Positions 9,144 to 17,902 of a stretch of DNA of 64,000 nucleotides are shown here, piece after piece; within the stretch, counting starts at the first letter, position 1, and the number at the start of each line of letters is the position of its first letter. A model generated the notes under the pieces. That model made no database searches. It was not told the DNA's origin and saw only the letters and a program-made list of their open reading frames with translations. Source of the stretch: a virus; the IMG/VR virus record IMGVR_UViG_3300028394_000001, positions 96,001 to 160,000 of that record. One strand, written 5' to 3'. The translations under genes and the position numbers were made by a program.

Positions 9144-9647
9144 ATGGGAACCATCTACATGCCCGTGTTCTGGATGTGTTTCATTTCATCTGGTGGTGAT
9201 TGTCAATTCATGCAACCTGTAATTTCAAATTATTACAGGACACCCTCTGCTTGTGCAAGGGTGATGGAGAAGGACAAAATATCTCTTTTGCAGAAAATTA
9301 AAAAAGAAAAGAAACAACCAGATATTTTCGAATCAACTTGTATTTCTTTTACTGTGGAATCACCTAGATACACAAATGAAGAAGTGGGTAACACATACGA
9401 AAGTAAAAACATTGAAAATTATTTGGCTTTAGATGTAAGTACCTACAAAACTAAAGTGATTAAACCGATTGATTTTGAAGAACTGGAAAAAGATGTTGAG
9501 GATACAATTGTAACTAAAAAACCTGTTGTAAAAAATAAAGAATCAGATTATTCTATAAATGAAGCACCTCGATCCTTTATTATTGATTGTATGCGTTTTA
9601 TGAGCCTCTCAAAAAATGATTGTGAGAAGAGCTGGTTCATAAAATAA
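9144..9647 (+). CDS. Cys-containing exported protein, N-terminal paralog of 2425..2646
   Basis: IYMPVFWMC...CQFMQ...C...ESTCIS vs IFIPVLFMC...CNFMQ...C...EGTCIN. Confidence 0.65.
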   Translation: MGTIYMPVFWMCFISSGGDCQFMQPVISNYYRTPSACARVMEKDKISLLQKIKKEKKQPDIFESTCISFTVESPRYTNEEVGNTYESKNIENYLALDVSTYKTKVIKPIDFEELEKDVEDTIVTKKPVVKNKESDYSINEAPRSFIIDCMRFMSLSKNDCEKSWFIK

Positions 9648-9672
9648 AATTTGTTTATGCGATTAAATGTCG

Positions 9673-9680
9673 TATAAATA
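9673..9680 (+). promoter_or_regulatory. T4-type late promoter TATAAATA
   Basis: Exact T4 gp55 consensus in an intergenic gap. Confidence 0.65.
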
Positions 9681-9732
9681 TTTGTACACCAATTAGTTGG
9701 TGATTTTTTTATTTTTAATTAATGGAGCACTT

Positions 9733-9918
9733 ATGAGTGATAATTCTACAGAAAAACTTACAATTTCTTCGGCACTGTTGAACACAGTCTTTCAATATTT
9801 GGGAACAAAACCTTTTCAGGAAGTTTTTCAAATGATTCAAGATATACAAAAAGAGGTAGGTCCTCAGTTACCTGAAAATCAAGGTTCTAATGTTACCACA
9901 TTGACGCCTAAAAAATAA
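9733..9918 (+). CDS. small hypothetical protein
   Basis: SD GGAG before ATG 9733. Confidence 0.65.
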   Translation: MSDNSTEKLTISSALLNTVFQYLGTKPFQEVFQMIQDIQKEVGPQLPENQGSNVTTLTPKK

Positions 9919-10595
9919 TGAAAATTAAAATTGGTCCTTACATCAATTGGATTGGCCCATATCAAATTGCAGATATGCTTTGCTTTTGGGTCAAACCAGT
10001 AAAAGATGAACATGGCTTTAAAGATAAACCAGATTGGGTACACCAATTCGGTAAACGATTGAGTAAAAATAGTAAAGGTGAAGAATCACTTCTATCTAAA
10101 TTTTGCCACTGGGTACATTCTAAAAGAAGCCAAACTGTCAAGATAAAGATTGACCGTTGGGATACTTGGAACATGGATGGAACATTGGCTTTGATTATTC
10201 TGCCAATGTTGAAACAACTAAGAGACAAAAAACACGGCGCACCATATGTTCGTGATGAAGATGTACCTGAAGGTTTGAATCTTCGTTCTACTGAAGCACC
10301 ACCTAAAGAAAATGAATGGGACACCGATGAAAACCATTTCAAGCGTTGGGATTGGGTGCTTGATGAAATCATTTGGGGTTTTGAACAGGAACATCCTGAT
10401 TATGATTGGGATGCCCAATACCATACAGGTGTAATTGACACTGAATGGATTGAATTGGAAAATGGAATGTTTGAAATGAAGAAAACAGATAAAGACACCA
10501 GCCATTTCGACATTGAAGGTTACAAGGCCCATGCGGACCGTATTGACAATGCTATGCTTCTATTTGGTCGTTACTATAGAGGTCTTTGGGACTGA
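9918..10595 (+). CDS. conserved T4-like phage protein
   Basis: Trp-rich; KIDRWDTWNMD.TLA.II.PML...RWDWVLDE...LFGRYYRGLWD. Confidence 0.75.
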   Translation: MKIKIGPYINWIGPYQIADMLCFWVKPVKDEHGFKDKPDWVHQFGKRLSKNSKGEESLLSKFCHWVHSKRSQTVKIKIDRWDTWNMDGTLALIILPMLKQLRDKKHGAPYVRDEDVPEGLNLRSTEAPPKENEWDTDENHFKRWDWVLDEIIWGFEQEHPDYDWDAQYHTGVIDTEWIELENGMFEMKKTDKDTSHFDIEGYKAHADRIDNAMLLFGRYYRGLWD

Positions 10596-10738
10596 TGGAC
10601 TACGATACAATTGGTCGTGAGTTGGTTGAAATGTTTGGTGATAAACTGCCTGATCCCATACATGAACCAATTCGTTTTGCGTACTATATAAAATTATATA
10701 ACTATGAAAAGGCGGTGAAAGATGAGCCACGAGGATGA
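10595..10738 (+). CDS. 47-aa protein (MDYDTIGRELVEMFGDKLPDPIHEPIRFAYY...), not in the ORF track
   Basis: TGATG coupling; fills the gap between genes. Confidence 0.6.
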   Translation: MDYDTIGRELVEMFGDKLPDPIHEPIRFAYYIKLYNYEKAVKDEPRG

Positions 10739-11012
10739 CAAATTCAAACATAGCAAACGCCTACTCAAAGATGAGAATGCTGTAAACAAGCAGACTAAAA
10801 TTGCCAAAGCATTTGGTGTACAGGTTAAAGAACCACATAAATTTGCCAAGAAACATGCAATGAATTGTGGCAATCCAAATTGTGTAATGTGTGGTAATCC
10901 GCGCAAAGTGTTTAAAGAACCAACACAACAAGAAAAGCGCCTGTTTCAGGACGTTGATGCACAAACAAACAAACATAGTAATGGTTTGAATATAAATGAA
11001 GAAAACATATGA
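10722..11012 (+). CDS. basic protein with a CxxxxCxxC motif
   Basis: HAMNCGNPNCVMCGNPRK. Confidence 0.7.
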   Translation: MSHEDDKFKHSKRLLKDENAVNKQTKIAKAFGVQVKEPHKFAKKHAMNCGNPNCVMCGNPRKVFKEPTQQEKRLFQDVDAQTNKHSNGLNINEENI

Positions 11013-11515
11013 GTAATTTAGTTAAGCACGCTGAGAAAGAGTTGGACCTTCTAGGTTTGACTGATAGTGATGAATACAATGCTTCGATGCGTAAACATGT
11101 TCTACACATGGTTAAAGAATTTGCAGCTGAAGGACATTCTGGTTTCTCTGCGATTTATGCAATTAGTGTTCTGACAAAATTACTAAAGTATGAACCACTA
11201 ACACCATTGATTGGTGAAGATTCTGAATGGACTGATGTAACACCTTACGGAGATGGAGGTCCACATTGGCAAAATAACCGACATGGTTCTGTATTTAAAG
11301 ATGCTGATGGTTTTTGTTATGATATTGATGGTAAGGTATTCTGGGACTGGGCCAAAGATGGTGACGGTAAACCATATAAATGCCATTACACATGTTTTGA
11401 ATCTCGTACTCCTGTGACATTTCCTTATAATATACCTGATGAACCAATCTATGAATATCGACATACCGTTGATGATGGTAGTATTCCTCTGCAAAACGAA
11501 GATGGTTTTATCTGA
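11009..11515 (+). CDS. conserved phage protein
   Basis: GHSGFSA...PLTPL.GED.EW...QN.R...VF motif. Confidence 0.75.
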   Translation: MSNLVKHAEKELDLLGLTDSDEYNASMRKHVLHMVKEFAAEGHSGFSAIYAISVLTKLLKYEPLTPLIGEDSEWTDVTPYGDGGPHWQNNRHGSVFKDADGFCYDIDGKVFWDWAKDGDGKPYKCHYTCFESRTPVTFPYNIPDEPIYEYRHTVDDGSIPLQNEDGFI

Positions 11516-11772
11516 TGAAATCGATATTTAATTATTTTGAGGCAAAGAATAGGTTGCGTGAAGCTAAAAAAACTATCCTAATGATGGGTGGTGAAGATGA
11601 ATGTCAACCTATGCTTCTAGGCCAAAGAGACTTCTTGGAATTAGAAGTTGATTATTACCGTGATGAAATGGTATCCTTAGGATATGTGACCTTGACAATC
11701 GTTTGTCTTTGTGTTATACTGTATTTTGTAAATAACTTTTTAGGACTATATGAAAATCCCTTCCACTTTTAA
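11515..11772 (+). CDS. membrane-anchored hypothetical protein
   Basis: C-terminal TM segment. Confidence 0.6.
   Translation: MKSIFNYFEAKNRLREAKKTILMMGGEDECQPMLLGQRDFLELEVDYYRDEMVSLGYVTLTIVCLCVILYFVNNFLGLYENPFHF
11692..11720 (+). promoter_or_regulatory. sigma70 promoter inside the upstream CDS
   Basis: TTGACA-17-TGtTATACT. Confidence 0.7.
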
Positions 11773-11929
11773 ACTATCTAAAAGAAACAAGACTATGCTT
11801 GCGCTGTTGCCATTCTCAAATAGAGAACAACGTGAGGCTATGAAACGAAACATGATTCAAGCTCAATACATTGCATCAACATCTGAACGATATATGATGG
11901 GTGTGAATGCTAAGGGCAAAGACGAATAA
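11750..11929 (+). CDS. 59-aa basic protein (MKIPSTFKLSKRNKTML...), not in the ORF track
   Basis: SD AGGA; follows the promoter. Confidence 0.65.
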   Translation: MKIPSTFKLSKRNKTMLALLPFSNREQREAMKRNMIQAQYIASTSERYMMGVNAKGKDE

Positions 11930-11961
11930 ATACAACCTAATCACTAACTTGAAAGAATATT

Positions 11962-12261
11962 ATGAGCACATTTATCGAAGTATTTTCTGTTGAAAAAAAC
12001 ACCAAAGTAATTATCAATCTAGATTCAATTCTAGAAATTGCACCGCTGCGTGATGGTGGATGTAATTTGTTTTTCCCTGATGCTGCGGCCGTCGGTGGTA
12101 AAAACTCTATGAAGGTTACAGATTCTTATTCAATGTTCCAGCAATTTGCATTGCAAACAGTATCAACTGAAGATATTGCAGCACGAATTCAAAGGATGCA
12201 ACCGCAAGAAGAACGTCGTGGTCCAGGTCGACCACCAAAAGTAACTTCTAGTGTTGAATAA
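11962..12261 (+). CDS. hypothetical protein with a C-terminal AT-hook-like motif
   Basis: RRGPGRPPK. Confidence 0.65.
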   Translation: MSTFIEVFSVEKNTKVIINLDSILEIAPLRDGGCNLFFPDAAAVGGKNSMKVTDSYSMFQQFALQTVSTEDIAARIQRMQPQEERRGPGRPPKVTSSVE

Positions 12262-12533
12262 TGGAAAAAAACCGAGAAGTATTGTTAATTGCACAAGAAG
12301 AATGTGCAGAGGTAATACAAGCGATTAGTAAATGTTTTAGGTTTGGCCTCGATAATATTAAACCAGGTAAACCTAAAACTAATCGTGAACACCTAGAAGA
12401 AGAAATTGGCGATGTAATGGCAATGATTTATATGTGTTATGATTTAAAAATTATTGATCCTGTTAAAGTGCGTGAAGCACAAGAAAACAAAATTGAAAAA
12501 CTTAAACAATGGTCTACCTTATTTGATGAGTAA
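12261..12533 (+). CDS. MazG-like NTP pyrophosphohydrolase
   Basis: EECAEV...LEEEIGDV all-alpha NTP-PPase motif. Confidence 0.75.
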   Translation: MEKNREVLLIAQEECAEVIQAISKCFRFGLDNIKPGKPKTNREHLEEEIGDVMAMIYMCYDLKIIDPVKVREAQENKIEKLKQWSTLFDE

Positions 12534-12801
12534 CATTTTAAAATGGATTGGTAATGATTACAAAAGTAATAGAATACGTTTTTGTTTTGAGGTCCTTGCT
12601 TGGGCTATATCTATTGGTTGTTCTATCACTATGGCCCTCACCGTGCCTAATCCCCCCCTTCTTATCATGTACCCAATCTGGATTACAGGTTGTTTTATAT
12701 ACGCTGGGTGCGCTTATAGTCGGCGTTCCTTTGGTATGCTCGCTAATTATTGCTTATTGGTCACCATCGACTTTATCGGATTACTAAGGATGATACTGTG
12801 A
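12526..12801 (+). CDS. small multi-pass membrane protein
   Basis: ATG at 12526; three hydrophobic segments. Confidence 0.65.
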   Translation: MSNILKWIGNDYKSNRIRFCFEVLAWAISIGCSITMALTVPNPPLLIMYPIWITGCFIYAGCAYSRRSFGMLANYCLLVTIDFIGLLRMIL

Positions 12802-13031
12802 AATTAACTACAGGTTCATTTACTATTCCACCAGTTCAAACACCACCACCATCTCAGGTTTTTGTGATGCCTGATCCAGTCAGTTATGAGTTTCGAGTGG
12901 TTGAGTTTATGAAAGATGGAAAAATAGATAAGGTTGCTTTACAGTTTTGTATGCATACACATGACCAATACGGAAACATTAAACTACACGGAACTTGGGA
13001 AGGAGTTCCAAGAATTCAATTACCGCTATGA
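12798..13031 (+). CDS. hypothetical protein
   Basis: GTG at 12798 after SD AAGGA. Confidence 0.55.
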   Translation: MKLTTGSFTIPPVQTPPPSQVFVMPDPVSYEFRVVEFMKDGKIDKVALQFCMHTHDQYGNIKLHGTWEGVPRIQLPL

Positions 13032-13597
13032 ATATCTTTTACCTCGACCATGATCCAAAAGTGTGTGCAGAAATGCACAATGACAAACATTGTATTAAAA
13101 TGATTCTTGAATATGCACAACTACTCTCAACTGCTCATCGTGTTCTTGACGGGACTATTATCGACCGCCTCAGTTCTTCTGGTCGTAAACAAAAAGCATA
13201 TGTACTTGCCGATAACCGTGACGCCACTCTTTACTCTGCTACTCATATCAATCACCCATCGGCAGTTTGGGTAAGACAATCCCGTGACAATTATGCATGG
13301 TTGTGGGATCTTTTAAAAGCTTTGTGTAAAGAATACACATATCGTTATGGTAAAGTGCATAAAGTTGAGCGTGATGGTCTACTTTGGGAATTATGGCATG
13401 TTCCTACAAAAATTCACCAACAAGAACATCCTACTTTTACTGAACCAACACCAGCTATGCCTGATGAAGTAAAAATTGCCGGTGATTCTATTGCATCATA
13501 TCGGAATTATTATATAAATAATAAGACGCACCTAGCCTCATGGCGTGGTAAGATTAACTCTCGTAATGTTCCAGGATGGTATAATGCCCAGCTATGA
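13028..13597 (+). CDS. pyrimidine-dimer DNA glycosylase family protein
   Basis: MNIFYLD...DKH..KMILEYAQLLSTAH...THINHPS..W...EYTYRYGKVH. Confidence 0.8.
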   Translation: MNIFYLDHDPKVCAEMHNDKHCIKMILEYAQLLSTAHRVLDGTIIDRLSSSGRKQKAYVLADNRDATLYSATHINHPSAVWVRQSRDNYAWLWDLLKALCKEYTYRYGKVHKVERDGLLWELWHVPTKIHQQEHPTFTEPTPAMPDEVKIAGDSIASYRNYYINNKTHLASWRGKINSRNVPGWYNAQL

Positions 13598-13862
13598 TTT
13601 CTTAAACAAAGATACAAACGAAGTAGAAGAACACCGTATGAGAATTGCGGAACTAGATTCGTTTGTTGAAAACAATCCACATCTTGAACGCTATCACACA
13701 GCACATAATCTTCCAATTATGTCCGACGGCTCTCGTATGTCTGTTCCTGGTATTGGTCAGGCACATATGGCCTTTGAGCGTGGTGTCATCCAGCGCATGA
13801 AAGAATCCATTCCAGGAAACACAATGTCAGGTCATAAAACAAAGTTGCCTAGAGAATGGTAA
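13584..13862 (+). CDS. FmdB-like small protein conserved upstream of phoH in T4-like phages
   Basis: MPSYDF.NK.T.EV.E start; gene context. Confidence 0.65.
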   Translation: MPSYDFLNKDTNEVEEHRMRIAELDSFVENNPHLERYHTAHNLPIMSDGSRMSVPGIGQAHMAFERGVIQRMKESIPGNTMSGHKTKLPREW

Positions 13863-14011
13863 TCAATCGTCCTTATCGCATTCCCGCACTTCTTGGTACT
13901 GGCTTTTACAAACAGCCACAAAAACAACAAGCACAACCCAAGAAAGTCCCACAAACCAAAGTAGCTGCTTTACTAAAGAAGGATTCTGCAACAACAAAAA
14001 CCTCCAAATAA
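13856..14011 (+). CDS. 51-aa K/Q-rich basic peptide (MVINRPYRIPALLGTGFYKQPQKQQ...), not in the ORF track
   Basis: Open frame filling the gap before phoH. Confidence 0.45.
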   Translation: MVINRPYRIPALLGTGFYKQPQKQQAQPKKVPQTKVAALLKKDSATTKTSK

Positions 14012-14037
14012 TCCCGCAACAACAACAAGGATGTTTC

Positions 14038-14802
14038 ATGGCAAGCAATAGAAAAACAGCAATACAAAAACGTGATGATTCAATTGAAGGTGATGAGGTA
14101 ACACACAGACACCAACCCGTTTCAAACTCACTAAAAATAAAATTAGACCATTTAAAAACATTTGAAGCACTAACACAAAATCAACAAAAGTTCTTTGACG
14201 CATACAAAACAGGTGATTACTTTATTGGCCTATTAGGATCACCAGGTGTAGGTAAAACATTCTTAGCATTGTATCGTGCAATCGAAGAAGTATTAAACAA
14301 GGATAATCCTTTTACACATATTGTAGTTGTTCGTTCCGCTGTACAGGTAAGAGACCAAGGTTTTGTTCCTGGTACATTGGATGAAAAGATGGAGATTTAT
14401 GAAGTGCCTTACAAAGAAATTTGTGAGACACTTTTTGGTCGTTCTGATGCATGGGAAAGATTAAAGGAACAAGGTTACGCTAGATTCATTTCAACTACCG
14501 CTATTCGTGGTATCTCTATTGACAACTCTATCATTATTGTAGATGAATGCCAGTCAATGACATTTCATGAATTGAGTTCGGTTATCTCCCGTGTTGGCCA
14601 TCGTTCAAAGATTATATTTGTTGGTGACCTGAAACAGAATGACCTAATTAAGAGTAAACATGATATATCGGGCCTTGCTGAGTTTTTGAATGTTGCAAGA
14701 CATATGGATGAGTTTACTGAAATTTTATTTACACCAAACGACATTGTTCGCAGCAGTTTGGTCAAATCATGGATTGTTGCCTGCGATAAATTAGGAATAT
14801 AA
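14038..14802 (+). CDS. phoH: PhoH-like ATPase
   Basis: GSPGVGKT, GFVPG, RGISIDNSIIIVDECQ, GDLKQND, DIVRS. Confidence 0.9.
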   Translation: MASNRKTAIQKRDDSIEGDEVTHRHQPVSNSLKIKLDHLKTFEALTQNQQKFFDAYKTGDYFIGLLGSPGVGKTFLALYRAIEEVLNKDNPFTHIVVVRSAVQVRDQGFVPGTLDEKMEIYEVPYKEICETLFGRSDAWERLKEQGYARFISTTAIRGISIDNSIIIVDECQSMTFHELSSVISRVGHRSKIIFVGDLKQNDLIKSKHDISGLAEFLNVARHMDEFTEILFTPNDIVRSSLVKSWIVACDKLGI

Positions 14803-15398
14803 TGATTGATGATGTGTTATGTATTGAAGGTATCTTTGATGATCCGCAAGAAATTATAAATTTGGCGAAGAAACAAAGATACTATTCTTGTGAAGATAAT
14901 CCTACAGTAAAAAATACAAATATCAAGTATAGTGGTGAGAGAACCGACCATTTAGCCAACATATTGAGTGATGGTGAATACTATGAATTAACTAAGAAAA
15001 TCATAAGTAAAATATTCAAAAATGTACCATCGTCAAATATAAAGGCTCAAATTATTTGTTTGTTTCACTATCTAACTGAAATGGACATACCGAACAGTTC
15101 TTGGATACACAAAGATACATCATTGTATTCTGGTGTGATATATTTAAGTGAAGGTTTCAATGATAAATATAATAACCATGGTACCAAAATAATCATAGGC
15201 CGTGACGTTTTAAATTACCGCAATGAATTCAATAAGTTAATCCTATATCGTGGAGACTACTCACATTCGGCTAATTTTGGTTTTGGTCAAACTATAGATA
15301 ATTCAAGACTAACATTAAATTTCTTCATAAATGAAATAATGATTGATATGAAAAATGAAAATAAGGTAAAAGAGAAATACTATGATTACAAAACATGA
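14802..15398 (+). CDS. 2OG-Fe(II) oxygenase (HxD type, DUF6445-like)
   Basis: WIHKD...SGVIYL...FNKLILYRG..SHS...SRLTLNFF. Confidence 0.75.
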   Translation: MIDDVLCIEGIFDDPQEIINLAKKQRYYSCEDNPTVKNTNIKYSGERTDHLANILSDGEYYELTKKIISKIFKNVPSSNIKAQIICLFHYLTEMDIPNSSWIHKDTSLYSGVIYLSEGFNDKYNNHGTKIIIGRDVLNYRNEFNKLILYRGDYSHSANFGFGQTIDNSRLTLNFFINEIMIDMKNENKVKEKYYDYKT

Positions 15399-15966
15399 AT
15401 GGTGGTCAACACCTGTTTGGGAGATTGAAACAGGATTTGATGAATATTTTAATTTGTGTTTTAGAAATGAATTACTTGATTTGATTTGTGCAAGTGAACA
15501 TAACAAATATGTCGATATTTGGACAGTAGATTCCGACTATTGCAGACAATTGAAGAATAAAATATATGAAATGATGGATTTAATTTTACCTGAATATTTT
15601 TCAAACTACCACGAATCAAAACCCTTTATATCAAATGGATGGGTGAATCAGCAAAAACCAGGACAATCATTTCCACTACACAGTCATGGTGAAAGTGTGG
15701 TGGCTTGCGTGTATTATATAGAAACTTATGAGAATAGTGGTGACCTTCTGATAGTAGATCCAAGGGGTTCTGTTGTTTGGGATTTGAATGTTGAGAATGG
15801 TGTAAACTCAGTAAAATATAAAAGAATTACACCAAAGGCAGGTAAAATGGTCTTATTTCCATCGTATCTATTACATTCAGTTGAAGAAAATAAGTCAGAA
15901 AAAACAAGATTTGGCATTGCTACAAATATACATATTCCCACGAAACACTATATAAATGACAGATAA
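15382..15966 (+). CDS. 2OG-Fe(II) oxygenase (TIGR02466-like)
   Basis: WVN...HSH...VYYI...DPRG...FPSYLLHSVEEN...R. Confidence 0.85.
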   Translation: MITKHEWWSTPVWEIETGFDEYFNLCFRNELLDLICASEHNKYVDIWTVDSDYCRQLKNKIYEMMDLILPEYFSNYHESKPFISNGWVNQQKPGQSFPLHSHGESVVACVYYIETYENSGDLLIVDPRGSVVWDLNVENGVNSVKYKRITPKAGKMVLFPSYLLHSVEENKSEKTRFGIATNIHIPTKHYINDR

Positions 15967-15969
15967 ATA
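15963..15969 (+). promoter_or_regulatory. putative late promoter (ATAAATA) for the Cys-rich gene
   Basis: Same element precedes gp48 (33390), gp25 (39432), gp8 (45601) and 59454 (59416). Confidence 0.5.
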
Positions 15970-15993
15970 GACCATATCTTCGGAGAACAAAAA

Positions 15994-16395
15994 ATGACAT
16001 TACCAAACACATCTCAAGGAATATCTTTTCAAAATATAAGAGATGAAACGGGCCAACCTGCGGGTTTTTCCGCATCTATGCAATGGGTCAAGGACAACAG
16101 CAAACTCACAAAAGGCGGCGCCACTGGTGTTATTAATGACATGGGATCCCTACGCGATAAGGCATATTATAGAGATAATACTTCAGGCAATTGTAGTAAT
16201 GGTAATTGTACATCTAATTGTAATTGCGGTAATAAAAATTGCAGTAATTGTATTATTACTGGCACCGTAAATTGTGCAAATTGCGATGCTTCGGCTTTTA
16301 TCCAACCGAATTGTAATTGCAATTGTACATATAATTGTACCACTTCGTCAACATCTTTTAACTGTGATTGTTGGATCTGTGCTTGTACTTGGTAA
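15994..16395 (+). CDS. Asn-Cys-rich protein: putative rSAM substrate/RiPP-like precursor with a fibre-tip anchor-like N-terminus
   Basis: 16 Cys in residues 67-131, 13 as NC; ends CWICACTW; immediately upstream of the rSAM/SPASM gene; SD GGAG. Confidence 0.75.
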   Translation: MTLPNTSQGISFQNIRDETGQPAGFSASMQWVKDNSKLTKGGATGVINDMGSLRDKAYYRDNTSGNCSNGNCTSNCNCGNKNCSNCIITGTVNCANCDASAFIQPNCNCNCTYNCTTSSTSFNCDCWICACTW

Positions 16396-16416
16396 TTTAA
16401 TAAACTAGGAAAAAAT

Positions 16417-17901
16417 ATGATTTTTGAAATTAATGCGGAGCGTAGTGCTTCAGACGTAAAGACTTTTTATTATGATAATGAAAAAAATATACTTTCAGAT
16501 TCTACTGGATTTGTTTATGAGTATCCGGAACCACAGATTCCACAACCCGTAACAGGTACAGGCTTGGAGTTATTCCATAAATGTGAAGAGGTTAAACCCT
16601 TTGATAAAAATACTCCACTAAAAAAATCAAAAGATGTTACTGTCATTAAAATCCAATTAGGTTTATCATGCAACTACTCTTGTGATTACTGCTCACAAAG
16701 GTTTGTTGAAAGGCCACCAGAAACTAGTAAAAAGGATATTGAATCTTTCATCTCTAAGTTGGATAATCTAAACATTACAGAAAAAGCTGGACTAAGAGTT
16801 GAATTTTGGGGTGGTGAACCACTTGTCTATTGGAAAACATTAAAACCTCTCGCTGAAACAATTGCTGAGAAATTTTCTCATTGGAAAAAGAAACCATCTT
16901 TTGGCATGGTGACTAATGGATCACTATTGACAAGAGAAATATGTTCTTGGTTATATTATATGGGTTTTGGTGTTGGTATTAGTCATGATGGTCCAGGTCA
17001 ACATGCTCGTGGTCCTGATCCATTTGAAGATCCAGAAAAAAAGAAAATCATCTTAGAGTTTTATAAAGTAATGCATTCCCAAAATCGTATTAGTTTTAAT
17101 TCTATGATGAATAGAAAGAATACTAGCCGCAAACAAATCCATGATTGGTTTGTTAATTTAACAGGTGATCCTACTGTTCCAATTGGTGAGGGTGGTTTTA
17201 TTGATGCATATGATGAAGCCGCTATCAATAGTTCATTAGAAACAAAACAAGAACATTTTGAATACCGAAGAAATGCATTTAATGATATTTATAGTACAGA
17301 TAATACAGATGAACAAATTAATTTTGGTATTATTAATGACAAAACAGACATGTTTGTTCGTGGTGTTTTGAATCACACTGAATCTAAATTTGTTGGTCAA
17401 AAATGCGGAATGGACAACGAAGGAACAATTTCTGTAGACCTCAAAGGTAACATCACAACTTGCCAAAATGTTTCTATAATGGAAACCAGTAAAAACGGTG
17501 AGTCACACTTAGGTGGTAACTTAGATGATTACGAAAATGTTGAACTGAAATCTGTTACTCATTGGATGAACCGAGCAGGTTGTAAGGATTGTCCTGTGTT
17601 GCATTTATGTAAAGGTTCTTGTATGTACCTTGACGGTAAATTTTGGGATATAACTTGCAATAATGCTTATAGTGATAATGTTGTTTTCTTTGCTTTAGCT
17701 CTGGAAAGAATTACAAATGGTTACATACCAACTAAAATTAAAGGTGATGGATTAGCTTTAGAAAGACAAGACATTTGGGGAACACTATATGAACACAAAG
17801 AAGTTGAAAAGAAAAAAATGATACCAATTAAAATTATAGCAGAAAAAATTGGTATGTTAAATGATGTTGAAATTTACGGACAATCAAGAGTAGAGGCATA
17901 A
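16417..17901 (+). CDS. radical SAM/SPASM peptide maturase
   Basis: CNYSCDYC (CX3CX2C), WGGEP, VTNG, SHDG; SPASM KCG...GNITTC...CKDCPVLHLCKGSC...C. Confidence 0.9.
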   Translation: MIFEINAERSASDVKTFYYDNEKNILSDSTGFVYEYPEPQIPQPVTGTGLELFHKCEEVKPFDKNTPLKKSKDVTVIKIQLGLSCNYSCDYCSQRFVERPPETSKKDIESFISKLDNLNITEKAGLRVEFWGGEPLVYWKTLKPLAETIAEKFSHWKKKPSFGMVTNGSLLTREICSWLYYMGFGVGISHDGPGQHARGPDPFEDPEKKKIILEFYKVMHSQNRISFNSMMNRKNTSRKQIHDWFVNLTGDPTVPIGEGGFIDAYDEAAINSSLETKQEHFEYRRNAFNDIYSTDNTDEQINFGIINDKTDMFVRGVLNHTESKFVGQKCGMDNEGTISVDLKGNITTCQNVSIMETSKNGESHLGGNLDDYENVELKSVTHWMNRAGCKDCPVLHLCKGSCMYLDGKFWDITCNNAYSDNVVFFALALERITNGYIPTKIKGDGLALERQDIWGTLYEHKEVEKKKMIPIKIIAEKIGMLNDVEIYGQSRVEA

Positions 17902-17902
17902 A

